This document shows, one piece after another, positions 8,542 through 18,210 of a stretch of DNA of 22,861 nt (its first letter is position 1; each line of letters opens with the position of its first letter). The DNA comes from Promethearchaeota archaeon. GTDB lineage: Archaea; Asgardarchaeota; Lokiarchaeia; Sigyniarchaeales; SOKP01. The notes beneath the pieces are model-generated. The model worked only from the letters and a program-made list of their open reading frames with translations, was not told where the DNA came from and made no database searches. Where the stretch lies: assembly GCA_048939995.1 (NCBI GenBank), contig JBHLOY010000024.1, positions 1-22,861 of the forward strand, in the 5' to 3' direction. Position numbers and translations under genes: made by a program.

Positions 8542-10274
8542 TGGTGATAAAAATACAAAAAAGTCCTTATGATGAAAAAATATGGCTCAAATCTTATGAT
8601 AACCATGTTTCTCATTCTTTAGATTATCCTCGCGAGAATCTTGCAAAATTATTCGATAAAGCAATGGATAGATTCCCTAAGAGAGTTGCTTGTTACTTCA
8701 TGAAAAAGGTTATAACATTTGAGGAACTTAGAGATAAAATGCATCGATTTGCAACCTTTCTACAACAGAATGGTTTACAAAAAGGTGATCGAGTCGCGAT
8801 TAGCCTCCCAAATTGCCCTCAATATATGATAGCTCATTTTGGGACTATATTAGCTGGAGGTGTTGCTTCTGGATGTTCCCCTCTTCTTAGTCCTACTGAA
8901 TTGGCTTACCAAATTAACGATAGCGAATCTAAATTTTTTATTACGCTTGATGCAATCTATGAAAAAGTGGTTTTTAATATAATAGAGAAGCTGCCAAATT
9001 TAAAATCTATTATAACTACAAATGTATCTGATTTTATGGGGCTGGGAAAACTTCTAGTGTCTATTGCTAAGTTAATAGGTAAAATACCAAAAGGTAAGGT
9101 CAAACCTTATCCAGGTAAACAGATAGTTGATTTTCAAAAGGCTTTGGAATCTTCACCGAATATTAAAGAGGTTACTATAGACATAAAAAATGATCTTGCT
9201 TTACTCCAATATACTGGTGGAACTACAGGCTTACCAAAAGGAACAGAATTAACTCATTTTAATATTATTTCGAATATGCATCAAATTATTTCTTGGATAG
9301 GTATTGAAGTAGCAGAAGAGGGGCGAATACATCTTAGTGCTTTCCCTATGTTTCACCTTGCGGGTTTACAGATGAGCATGACTACTCTATATATTTCTGC
9401 TCCACAAATATTAATAGTAAATCCAAGAGATACTAAACATATCATAGAAGAAGTTATTGATAAACAACCAAAATTAATGGTAAACGTACCCACTCTCTAT
9501 TTATCTATAAAAAGTAATCCTTTAATGAAGAAGGTACCTGAAACTGCTTTAAATAACCTTGATGTCTACATATCTGGAGCAGCACCATTTCCAGCTGAAG
9601 CAATCAGAAATTTTGAAAAAGATATGAAGGCAGAAAATAAAGTTATGGAAGTATATGGAATGACTGAAACATCTCCTATTCTTACAGGAAATCCCTATTA
9701 TGGAACTAAGAAGATTGGAACAGTTGGTCTACCTGTTGCTGACACAGAAATTCGGATTGTAGATGTTGAAACTGGAGAACAAGTCGATCTTGGAAAACCG
9801 GGGGAGATAATCTGTAGGGGTCCTCAAGTTACAAGAGGGTATTATAATAAACCTGAGGCTACCGCAAAAACCATAATTGATGGTTGGCTTCACACTGGAG
9901 ATGTAGGTGTTATGGATGAAGATGGATATATTACTATTGTAGATAGAACAAAAGATATGTTAATTGTCTCTGGCTATAAAGTATATAGTGTTCATGTGGA
10001 AGATGTACTTACGAAGCATCCAGATATCGAAATGGTTGCTATCATTGGATTAAGTGACCCAGACCGCCCAGGAAGCGAACTGGTTAAAGCAATAGTCCAA
10101 CTTAAAGAGGGGGCTCAGCCTTCTGAGTCTACAAAAGATAGATTAAAAAAGTATGCCGCAGATCACTTATCTAAATATGAGAACCCTAAGATTTGGGAAT
10201 TTAGGGAGAGTTTACCACTTACTACAGTGGGGAAAGTCTTAAAACGGGCACTGAGAGAAGAAGCTAGCAAATAA
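8541..10274 (+). CDS. Long-chain acyl-CoA ligase (FadD-like AMP-binding enzyme)
   Basis: YTGGTTGLPKG, YGMTET, GEIICRGPQV, WLHTGDVG, IVDRTKDM, LPLTTVGKVLKR. Exact start uncertain (8541, 8544 or 8553). Confidence 0.92.
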   Translation: MVIKIQKSPYDEKIWLKSYDNHVSHSLDYPRENLAKLFDKAMDRFPKRVACYFMKKVITFEELRDKMHRFATFLQQNGLQKGDRVAISLPNCPQYMIAHFGTILAGGVASGCSPLLSPTELAYQINDSESKFFITLDAIYEKVVFNIIEKLPNLKSIITTNVSDFMGLGKLLVSIAKLIGKIPKGKVKPYPGKQIVDFQKALESSPNIKEVTIDIKNDLALLQYTGGTTGLPKGTELTHFNIISNMHQIISWIGIEVAEEGRIHLSAFPMFHLAGLQMSMTTLYISAPQILIVNPRDTKHIIEEVIDKQPKLMVNVPTLYLSIKSNPLMKKVPETALNNLDVYISGAAPFPAEAIRNFEKDMKAENKVMEVYGMTETSPILTGNPYYGTKKIGTVGLPVADTEIRIVDVETGEQVDLGKPGEIICRGPQVTRGYYNKPEATAKTIIDGWLHTGDVGVMDEDGYITIVDRTKDMLIVSGYKVYSVHVEDVLTKHPDIEMVAIIGLSDPDRPGSELVKAIVQLKEGAQPSESTKDRLKKYAADHLSKYENPKIWEFRESLPLTTVGKVLKRALREEASK

Positions 10275-10276
10275 AC

Positions 10277-10309
10277 TTTTTAACTATTTTTTTCTAACTC
10301 TTTTTTTTT
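10277..10309 (+). terminator. Oligo-T tracts, archaeal-type intrinsic terminator
   Basis: T5, T7 and T9 runs directly after the ligase stop codon. Confidence 0.5.
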
Positions 10310-10397
10310 GAACTAAGATTTAAAAAACTATATTAAGAAATTCATTGTATACTATAACCATAATAATGTAGTTTATTAAAAAAAGGAGTTGATTATA

Positions 10398-11678
10398 TTG
10401 GAAAATAAGAAAGGAGCTGTGCAATGCATAAATGATGAGATTCTGGCAAAGCTTTCTTTAAAAAACAGATATAAATTCTTGAATTATAATTTAATGACAT
10501 ATTTAAGTAAGGAGCATTTTGAATTCCTTAAACGAGCTCAAAAATTTTTTATAAATTTTGAAAAGAAATATAATATTACCCATAATGAAGATTTATATCA
10601 GTGGATTCCTGAAATCGGTAAAGAAGGCTTAATAACTCGGATGTATAATTTTGAAAATCTGGGTTTGAATTATGAACCTTATGGCTACACAGCTGAATTT
10701 ATGAGAGCCCTTGCTTCTGACTCCTTTGATCCTCAATTCACTATGGCTAGTGGAGCTAGTATTTTAGCTATAAGTCCCTTAATATTACATAATGATAATG
10801 TTGACATTCGACTAAGAGCCCTAAAAGAATTGGTGACAGGGGAGAAAATTGGTTGTATATGCATCACCGAACCAGAAAGAGGTTCAGATGCTGTTCATAT
10901 GCTTACTACATGTGAAGAGCAAGAGGATGGGAGTTTCATAGTAAATGGTGAAAAAATATATCAAACTAACGGTCCAAAAGCAGACTGGGCAGTAATATAT
11001 GCAGTAACCGAAAGAAATAATGGAAATACTATGGCACAATTCCTTGTTGACACTTCGTGGGAAGGCTGGAAAGCAGAAAGAGTAAACATTCCTTGGACTC
11101 CTAGAATGCATATTGGTAAAGAAACTTTTACTAATTTACGAATTCCAGCTGACTGTGTTCTAGGTAAGCCTGGAGATGGAAGATCTCATTTATTTGAGGG
11201 ATTAAACCTAGAACGATTGGGCATTGTTTGCCTTAACGCTTCTCAAGCTTGGAATGCTCTTACTCACGCATTCATTTATGCTAATATGAGAAAACAATTT
11301 GATGAAGTGATTTTAAAGTATCAAGGAGTAGGGTTCCCTTTGGCAGATTTATGGGCTGAAACAATGAATTTAACTTTAGCTGCATTAAATATAACTCAAA
11401 TGGTTGATAATAAGATGAAAGAACATGGAACACTACCAAAAGAATTTAATTTAACTCTAGGAGCTACAGCAGCTCAGTTAAAAAGTGTTAGTGCTAAATT
11501 ATGCGAACGAGTTGCTTATGAGTGTGCTAATCTTATGGGTGGTGCAGGAGTATGTGATAACACATTAATGCAAGATTTATTAGGAATAACTAGGATTCAG
11601 GAGATTGGCGGAGGAACACGTCAAATAATGCAATATGTTATGAGTTATGCTTTGAGAGCATTATTCAAGGCAATTTAA
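10398..11678 (+). CDS. Acyl-CoA dehydrogenase, IVD/LCAD-type catalytic arrangement
   Basis: ITEPERGSD, NGEKIYQTNG, RKQF, GLNLERL, EIGGGT. TTG at 10398 follows a GGAGTTGA SD-like motif (ORF track starts at 10389). Confidence 0.9.
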   Translation: MENKKGAVQCINDEILAKLSLKNRYKFLNYNLMTYLSKEHFEFLKRAQKFFINFEKKYNITHNEDLYQWIPEIGKEGLITRMYNFENLGLNYEPYGYTAEFMRALASDSFDPQFTMASGASILAISPLILHNDNVDIRLRALKELVTGEKIGCICITEPERGSDAVHMLTTCEEQEDGSFIVNGEKIYQTNGPKADWAVIYAVTERNNGNTMAQFLVDTSWEGWKAERVNIPWTPRMHIGKETFTNLRIPADCVLGKPGDGRSHLFEGLNLERLGIVCLNASQAWNALTHAFIYANMRKQFDEVILKYQGVGFPLADLWAETMNLTLAALNITQMVDNKMKEHGTLPKEFNLTLGATAAQLKSVSAKLCERVAYECANLMGGAGVCDNTLMQDLLGITRIQEIGGGTRQIMQYVMSYALRALFKAI

Positions 11679-11691
11679 CTTCACTTTATTA

Positions 11692-11700
11692 TTTTTTTTT
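11692..11700 (+). terminator. T9 tract after the acyl-CoA dehydrogenase gene
   Basis: Nine T residues starting 14 nt after the stop. Confidence 0.4.
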
Positions 11701-11765
11701 AATCTAATTACAAAGAATAACTTTAAACATTAAACTCAATATATCAAATTATAGTGTTATCAAAT

Positions 11766-12665
11766 ATGAAAGATTTAAATAATAGAAATTGTCTAATAAC
11801 TGGGGCTGCTAATGGAATTGGAAAATCTTTTGCCTTAGCTTTAGCTCGAGAAGGTATGAATTTATTTATTACTGATATTGATATAGAAAAGCTAGAAAAA
11901 GTTAAAAATGATATAAAAAATATTGGAGCTCAAGTTTATTCAGCTAAATGTGATGTTACGAAAATTAAAGACTTTCAAGATACTGCAAAACAATTTAATT
12001 CGAAATTAGGAGAATTAGACCTTCTTATTAATAATGCGGGAATCGTGATAGGAGGAAACATTTTCGAAATCACCTTGGATGATTGGAAAGATTTACTCGA
12101 TGTTAATTTATGGAGTATAATCCATTCACTAAAGGTATTTCTCCCAAAAATGGTTTCCCAAAGCCATGGTCACATTGTCAACGTTGCCTCTGCAGCAGGA
12201 GTGATAGGAGCAACAGAACCACTTCCTTATATTGCATCGAAATTTGCAGTTGTAGGATTATCGGAAGCATTATTTGGACAACTTTCTAGTTATGGAATAA
12301 ATGTATCTGTTGTTTTACCTTTATATGTTCGAACTAACATCTTTGAGAGTTGTAAAATCAAACATTCTCAAGAATTAATTGATGATGTTGGGGAAGAAAA
12401 ATTAAGAGAAATTTCTAAATCCCTCTTGAAAGACATGCAAAGTAAATCAATCCTTCCCGATCGGGCTGTTAAGAAATATATTCAAGGCATTAAAAATAAT
12501 CAACTGTATATATATGATAGTAAAGCAGTATTAAGTATATTAACTTTAAAAGGAACAAATCAACCCCACTTTGAACAAGTTTTGAAGGATTTAAACAAAA
12601 GTTATGAAGAAATACAAAGAAAACATTATTTAAAATATGGAATCAATATTGATGATTATAGATAG
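11766..12665 (+). CDS. Short-chain dehydrogenase/reductase, probably NAD-dependent
   Basis: TGAANGIG, acidic TDID, NNAG, Ser in VAS, YIASK. ATG at 11766 is preferred over GTG at 11754. Confidence 0.9.
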   Translation: MKDLNNRNCLITGAANGIGKSFALALAREGMNLFITDIDIEKLEKVKNDIKNIGAQVYSAKCDVTKIKDFQDTAKQFNSKLGELDLLINNAGIVIGGNIFEITLDDWKDLLDVNLWSIIHSLKVFLPKMVSQSHGHIVNVASAAGVIGATEPLPYIASKFAVVGLSEALFGQLSSYGINVSVVLPLYVRTNIFESCKIKHSQELIDDVGEEKLREISKSLLKDMQSKSILPDRAVKKYIQGIKNNQLYIYDSKAVLSILTLKGTNQPHFEQVLKDLNKSYEEIQRKHYLKYGINIDDYR

Positions 12666-12674
12666 GTTAGAAAA

Positions 12675-13490
12675 ATGAATTTGAATGATATACATGATAT
12701 AATGTATGAAAAGGAAGAAAATGGGATATGCACGGCAACTTTGAACATTCCAGAAAGGAAAAATGCCATGTCATTTGTGACCTTTTTAGAATTAGTTACA
12801 ATCTTGGATGATATGGAAGCTGATAAAAATGCCAAAATATTGATAATAACTGGAAATGGAGACTCTTTCTCTTCAGGAGGTTATTTTAATATGAATTTAC
12901 TTACCAAAGTTCCTGAAGAGATAATGAAGGATATAGATTTAGAGGATATCGCCCAGAAGAAATTATGTATGCGCATGTGGAACTTTTCAAAACCAATAAT
13001 CGCTGCTATAAATGGTTTAGCGGTTGGAGCTGGCTTTACGATGCCCTTGGCTGGTGCTGATCTAATATATATGGCAGAAGATGCGTGGATTGGATTTTAT
13101 TTTGCAAAACGCGCTGTTATGGCAGAATTTGCGGCCCATTTTGTATTACCACTATATATTGGATTTCAAAAAGCTAAGGAATTACTTTATTTTGGAAAGA
13201 AAGTAACTGCTCAAGAAGCCTTAGAACTTGGTCTGATTAATAAAGTAGTTCCAAAAGAGAATTTAATGCAATTTGCACGGGATCAAGCACTAAAGTTAGT
13301 TCCTCCGAAAGGACCGAGTTTATCAATCAAATTGATGAAAAAAACAATACACCAATATTTCAAAGAAATTTTATCAAAAACATTAGATTTAGAAAATCAA
13401 GGCTTAAGAAATCTACTAACAACCCATGACTTTCGAGAATCATTAAAAGCTTTAGGACAAAAAAGAGATCCAATTTTTAAAGGCAAATAA
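12675..13490 (+). CDS. Crotonase-fold protein, probably an enoyl-CoA isomerase (ECI2/PaaG-like)
   Basis: LNIPERKNA, FSSGG, KPIIAAINGLAVGAG, AQEALELGLINKVVP. It lacks both hydratase Glu residues and has a Glu in VMAEFAA. Confidence 0.88.
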   Translation: MNLNDIHDIMYEKEENGICTATLNIPERKNAMSFVTFLELVTILDDMEADKNAKILIITGNGDSFSSGGYFNMNLLTKVPEEIMKDIDLEDIAQKKLCMRMWNFSKPIIAAINGLAVGAGFTMPLAGADLIYMAEDAWIGFYFAKRAVMAEFAAHFVLPLYIGFQKAKELLYFGKKVTAQEALELGLINKVVPKENLMQFARDQALKLVPPKGPSLSIKLMKKTIHQYFKEILSKTLDLENQGLRNLLTTHDFRESLKALGQKRDPIFKGK

Positions 13491-13500
13491 AATTGAAAAT

Positions 13501-14091
13501 TCAATAAATTCTTAGATCTTTACCACATGATAAGCAGAAGTCAGCATCACTACTTATCAGATAACCACAATTAGTGCAATATTTTTTATTAACATTAAAT
13601 ATATTATCAACTAATTTTGAATTTTTATACTCATCCACTTCTCTTTCATAATCGCGGTCTTTTATAATTATCCCATTTTCAGTTGCAACAATATAGTCTT
13701 GAATGTTGTTAGGATTGATCTTAATTAGTATTCCAAAAATAAATGCTACTGTTAAAGTTGTGGCTAATGGTAAGATATTGAAGGGGAATTTGATATGAGG
13801 AATTGAAGGAACAAACGTGAAAAGTATAAATAATAATAGAGTAAAAAAGTTTAATAAAAATGTGACAGTAAATAACTGTTTAAGTCTTAAAAAGGTACTG
13901 AACTTTCTTTTGCAGGTTCTACAAACCGGAAATTTTGTCGAATAACTGCTAATTATACTTGTTGTTGTTCTAGAAAAAATACCTCCATCTATCAATTTTC
14001 CTTTCACATAACCAATTTGAAATTTCTCAAGAGGAACATCTGACCTTCGGCATTTTAGGCATTTTTTGGGAAAATCTTCATACCTAAGCAT
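13501..14091 (-). CDS. Membrane protein with N-terminal CxxC...CxxC, two TM helices and a C-terminal zinc ribbon
   Basis: CLKC, CRTC, two hydrophobic segments, CTNCG...FCLSCG. ATG at 14091 (track start TTG 14097). Confidence 0.75.
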   Translation of the reverse strand: MLRYEDFPKKCLKCRRSDVPLEKFQIGYVKGKLIDGGIFSRTTTSIISSYSTKFPVCRTCKRKFSTFLRLKQLFTVTFLLNFFTLLLFILFTFVPSIPHIKFPFNILPLATTLTVAFIFGILIKINPNNIQDYIVATENGIIIKDRDYEREVDEYKNSKLVDNIFNVNKKYCTNCGYLISSDADFCLSCGKDLRIY

Positions 14092-14093
14092 AA

Positions 14094-14780
14094 TCAAGGC
14101 TCCTGAATATACTTTCTAGCCAGAAATTTCGCCCATTTTGGAGTGACTCTTAATACAGCTTCTTTTAGTGAGGGAAAGTGTTTTTTGAATTCTTCATAAT
14201 CATTGTTATCCTTAATAAATTCATATTCTTCTTCACCCAGTTCTTTTTTAATTTTGTAATAGATCTTTGCTAGGCGATTAAGTCCTTTAGTATATCCTCT
14301 CTTTGTTTTTTCATTGATAACATAAGGAAGAAACTCAAAGTAGAACTTCCATGTTCTCATAACATAATCTTCCATAGTGGGCATCATTGTAAAGGTATAA
14401 ATTGTTAAACCCTTTTTAAACATAAATAAGCCTACATTTAATACTTCAACTTGATACCATGGAATATATCTAGAAGCCATAAGATGTGCTTTAGGTTCTT
14501 GGAATGCAATTCCATTTTTTGTAAAAAGAATATGAGATTGAAATGTTTGAGTTTGAGTCACTGGACCAGCTGGACCCTGAATAAGCCCAGAGAATAAAGC
14601 ACTATAAATAATATCCTCTCCTATGGGAATTACTTCTCGAACTTCAGAAAAATCGATTGGAACATAAAAATTGTCATCTACGCCACCTTTAATCTCCGTT
14701 TTTTCCAAGGATTCACCACAAGATGGGCAAAATTTAAGATTTCCCTCAATTTGATTTCCACAATTAGTACAAAATGGCAA
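14094..14780 (-). CDS. Zinc-ribbon protein with a possible PH-like domain
   Basis: MPFCTNCG...FCPSCG. HILFTKNGIAF...IPWYQV resembles the bacterial PH/GRAM strand pattern. Confidence 0.72.
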   Translation of the reverse strand: MPFCTNCGNQIEGNLKFCPSCGESLEKTEIKGGVDDNFYVPIDFSEVREVIPIGEDIIYSALFSGLIQGPAGPVTQTQTFQSHILFTKNGIAFQEPKAHLMASRYIPWYQVEVLNVGLFMFKKGLTIYTFTMMPTMEDYVMRTWKFYFEFLPYVINEKTKRGYTKGLNRLAKIYYKIKKELGEEEYEFIKDNNDYEEFKKHFPSLKEAVLRVTPKWAKFLARKYIQEP

Positions 14781-14970
14781 AATAACCGCTCTTTTAATTT
14801 GGTTTTTGTCTTGTTATACTTATAGATGGAATTTAATATAAACTTTATTTACTGAGTCAAAATGATTAAAACTGTTTATCATCTCTAGAAATCCTTATAA
14901 GAGAGAATTAACAATTATTATTTTTGTATAATAAATTTGATTTATATTTAATTTGAATTAAGATGGTTAC

Positions 14971-16656
14971 ATGAATTCTCAAGCAAAAACACGTCTTTGT
15001 ATGGTAACCGGAGGTGTCATGTCTGGCATCGGTAAAGGAGTAGTAACAGCGAGTATAGGGAAAGTTCTTCAATTTCGAGGGTTTAAGGTGTCAGTAGTAA
15101 AGATAGATCCCTATTTAAATGTTGACCCTGGAACATTAAATCCAATTGAGCACGGAGAATGCTTTATTACCGAGGATGTATGGCAATTTAAACCAGTATT
15201 TGAATCAGATGAGAGAAGTTATAGAATTTCGGAAATAGATCAAGATTTTGGCACATATTCTAGAATCCTCGGTATTGAAATGCATCCTTCACATAACATA
15301 ACCTCTGGTCAGATCTATTTATCGACAATCCTAGGCGAAAGAAAAGGAAAATTTTTAGGAAAAACAGTCCAATTGATCCCACACGTAACGGATATAATTA
15401 AGCAGAGATTAATGGAAATAGCTGAAGCTGAGGAATTGGACGTATTATTAATTGAATGTGGAGGAACTGTTGGTGATTTAGAATCAAGTATATTTCTGGA
15501 AGCATTTAGACAACTTAAACTGGAATATCCGAAGCGTACAGCATTTGTCCATGTAACTCTTGTTCCATACTCTTCAGCCGTAGGACAACAGAAAAGTAAA
15601 CCGACCCAGCATTCAGTAAAAATGCTTCAAAGCATGGGACTGCAACCAGATATTATAATCGGAAGGAGCGAGAAACCCCTAGATGACGATATTCGAAGAA
15701 AAATATCTTTGTACTCCAATGTTCCTGAAAATGCTGTCATTTCTAATCCCGATTTAGAATTTATTTATGAACTGCCTTTATTATTTGAAGAACAAGGCAT
15801 GGGTGATATTCTATGCGAATTAATTGATCTAAAGGCAAAATTAGTGAAATATTCAGAAGTTAGCAATTATTCTGAATGGGTCAAAATGGTAGAGATGTAT
15901 AAGAAAGCCACTAAAACTATAAAAATAGGAATGCCAGGGAAATATTTCAACATTTCTGACTCATATATCTCTATAAATAACGCTTTAGAGCACGCTGCTG
16001 CTCATCAAGGCTATAAAGTAGAATTAAAGATGATTAATATAACTGAAGAAATTAACCTAGAAAAAGAATTAAAAGATTGTAACGGGATATTGTTAACTCC
16101 TGGTTTTGGAGAACGAGCAGTTGAAGGTATGATCTCTTCTGCTGAATATGCGATGGAAAAGAAAGTCCCTTTCTTAGGTATTTGTTTTGGTGCTCAGTTG
16201 TTTTATGTAGCCTTCTGCAGAAAATATTTGGGATTAAAGAATGCAAATTCAACAGAAATATACCCAAATACTCCTTATCCTGTAGTTGATCTTTTAGAAA
16301 GTCAAAAAGAGGTTTCTGAAAAAGGCGGAACTATGAGATTAGGGGCCCAAAAGATAATAATTGAGCCTAATACTAGATTGTATGATGCATACAAACAAAA
16401 AGAAATATTTGAGAGATTTAGGCATAGATTTCATATAATTGAGAGATTTATGACTGAAGAAGCAAAACAGAAAGGGATATTAATTTCAAGCAGAGACGAA
16501 ACTGGTAAAATAATTAATAGTATTGAATTGAACCGGAAAGATCACTTCATGGTTGGTACTCAATTTCACCCCGAATTTACATCTAGACCATATAAACCTT
16601 CTCCAATTTATACTGACTTTATTAAAGCATGCATATCATTTAACAAATCGAAATAA
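14971..16656 (+). CDS. pyrG: CTP synthase
   Basis: [42 protein letters not shown], glutaminase triad GICFG and QFHPEF. Confidence 0.97.
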   Translation: MNSQAKTRLCMVTGGVMSGIGKGVVTASIGKVLQFRGFKVSVVKIDPYLNVDPGTLNPIEHGECFITEDVWQFKPVFESDERSYRISEIDQDFGTYSRILGIEMHPSHNITSGQIYLSTILGERKGKFLGKTVQLIPHVTDIIKQRLMEIAEAEELDVLLIECGGTVGDLESSIFLEAFRQLKLEYPKRTAFVHVTLVPYSSAVGQQKSKPTQHSVKMLQSMGLQPDIIIGRSEKPLDDDIRRKISLYSNVPENAVISNPDLEFIYELPLLFEEQGMGDILCELIDLKAKLVKYSEVSNYSEWVKMVEMYKKATKTIKIGMPGKYFNISDSYISINNALEHAAAHQGYKVELKMINITEEINLEKELKDCNGILLTPGFGERAVEGMISSAEYAMEKKVPFLGICFGAQLFYVAFCRKYLGLKNANSTEIYPNTPYPVVDLLESQKEVSEKGGTMRLGAQKIIIEPNTRLYDAYKQKEIFERFRHRFHIIERFMTEEAKQKGILISSRDETGKIINSIELNRKDHFMVGTQFHPEFTSRPYKPSPIYTDFIKACISFNKSK

Positions 16657-16673
16657 AATGATAGTATTATTAC

Positions 16674-18122
16674 TTATTCTTTAATTTCAAGAATTTCTTT
16701 AACTAATTTCTTCTTTTCTTCTAAATTGGCTTGTCGTGAAATCATAATTCTCTGTGCTTGAGGTGAACCCGCACCGTGCATAGATTCTGTTCTGTAACTT
16801 ACAGATGCGACTCCCATTGTTAAGTTTTCGATGAAACGCAATACCTTATATCGATCTTCAGCACAAATACCTTGACAAGTTGTTAAATATTTTTCAATTA
16901 ATGGACCAACTTCTTTCGATTTGAGATCTGCTTCTGAAGGCATCGTACAGATTATTCCCCCTGCGATATCTTCAGCTAATCTCCCGATTTCATATGGGAA
17001 TCGAGTAACATTTTGTTTACATACGTTAGCTAATAGCATATCCATTTCATAGTTTCCTGCTTCTCTCTGGAAGCCTAATGAACTGCATGCGATACCACAA
17101 CTATACAATGTTTCATTTAGATGAGTCATTTCTACTAATTTATCTCTTACATGAGATGCATTATCAGTTCCATTATATTCTGATATTAATGCAGTTGCTC
17201 CGATTAAAACATCACCTACTCCTACTTTGCATCCACCATAAGATTGTCTATGAAATCCAGCAAATCTGTTAACCAATTCTCCAGAAAATTCAGTTTCACC
17301 CTTCATGAAAATGTTTTCATCGGGTACAAACACGTTATCAAAGACTACAAATATTTCTTGACCACCATACTTGAAATTTCCAATATCATATTTACCTTCT
17401 TCAACCTTTCGAGTATCACATGATTGTCTTCCATATATTAAGGTTATACCCTTTTCATTAGTATCAATTCCGAAACTTATTGCATACTCCTCTTCACCTG
17501 GCCTTAGTGCAAGTGTAGGCATAATAATAGCTCTATGAGAATTAAGAAATCCTGTTTGATGAACTTTTGCCCCTCTTACTATAATCCCCTTATCATTTTC
17601 GTCAATGATATGCAAATAGGCATCAGGATCTGGCTGATCTTTGGGTCTTTTGCTTCTATCTCCTTTTGTATCAGTCATAGCACCATCAACCATCAAATCT
17701 TGTCTTTGAACATCAATCCAATAATTCTTAAAGTTTTCATGATAATTAGATCCAGATTTTTTATCTATTTCATATGTGATACTATAAAGCGCGTTTGCTG
17801 CATCAAACCCAACACATCTTTGGAAACAACAAGCAGTATGTTGCCCCAATAGTCTTTGCATCTTAACTTTTTTAATTAGATCTTCCTTAGATTGGTGAAT
17901 ATGTGTAAAGCGATTGATAACATCACCTGTTAAATGAGATTTTGTAGTCATTAAATCCCTAAACTCTTCATTTTGAGCTAATTCGTAGATTTTCATTACA
18001 GTATTAATTGAAGGCCTTATAATGGGATGATTCCAGAATTCAGTAATCTTTTCGCCAAATAAATACAAATTAACTGGTCGTTTTATACTTTCCAAATACT
18101 CTTGAGGTGTTTTTAATGGCAT
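16674..18122 (-). CDS. abfD: 4-hydroxybutyryl-CoA dehydratase / vinylacetyl-CoA isomerase, canonical type
   Basis: CFQRC, TDTKGDRS, KVHQTG, GGQE, HRQSYGGCK and RTESMHGAGSPQAQ match the clostridial enzyme motifs. GAGGT SD upstream. Confidence 0.93.
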   Translation of the reverse strand: MPLKTPQEYLESIKRPVNLYLFGEKITEFWNHPIIRPSINTVMKIYELAQNEEFRDLMTTKSHLTGDVINRFTHIHQSKEDLIKKVKMQRLLGQHTACCFQRCVGFDAANALYSITYEIDKKSGSNYHENFKNYWIDVQRQDLMVDGAMTDTKGDRSKRPKDQPDPDAYLHIIDENDKGIIVRGAKVHQTGFLNSHRAIIMPTLALRPGEEEYAISFGIDTNEKGITLIYGRQSCDTRKVEEGKYDIGNFKYGGQEIFVVFDNVFVPDENIFMKGETEFSGELVNRFAGFHRQSYGGCKVGVGDVLIGATALISEYNGTDNASHVRDKLVEMTHLNETLYSCGIACSSLGFQREAGNYEMDMLLANVCKQNVTRFPYEIGRLAEDIAGGIICTMPSEADLKSKEVGPLIEKYLTTCQGICAEDRYKVLRFIENLTMGVASVSYRTESMHGAGSPQAQRIMISRQANLEEKKKLVKEILEIKE

Positions 18123-18210
18123 TTTTTTTTACCTCGATTTTATTAATTATAATTATTTAATTGATTATCTCCTAATAAAAATAATAATTATTAAAAATAA
18201 TATCAATATT

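Noticed and set aside
16674-18122. abfD as evidence of autotrophic 3HP/4HB or DC/4HB carbon fixation
   Set aside because: No carboxylase or other cycle gene is in the window, and the motifs and context fit fermentative acyl-CoA metabolism.
18140-18210. Short A/T palindromes and AAT repeats in the abfD/CPBP intergenic region
   Set aside because: Low complexity and expected by chance at this composition.
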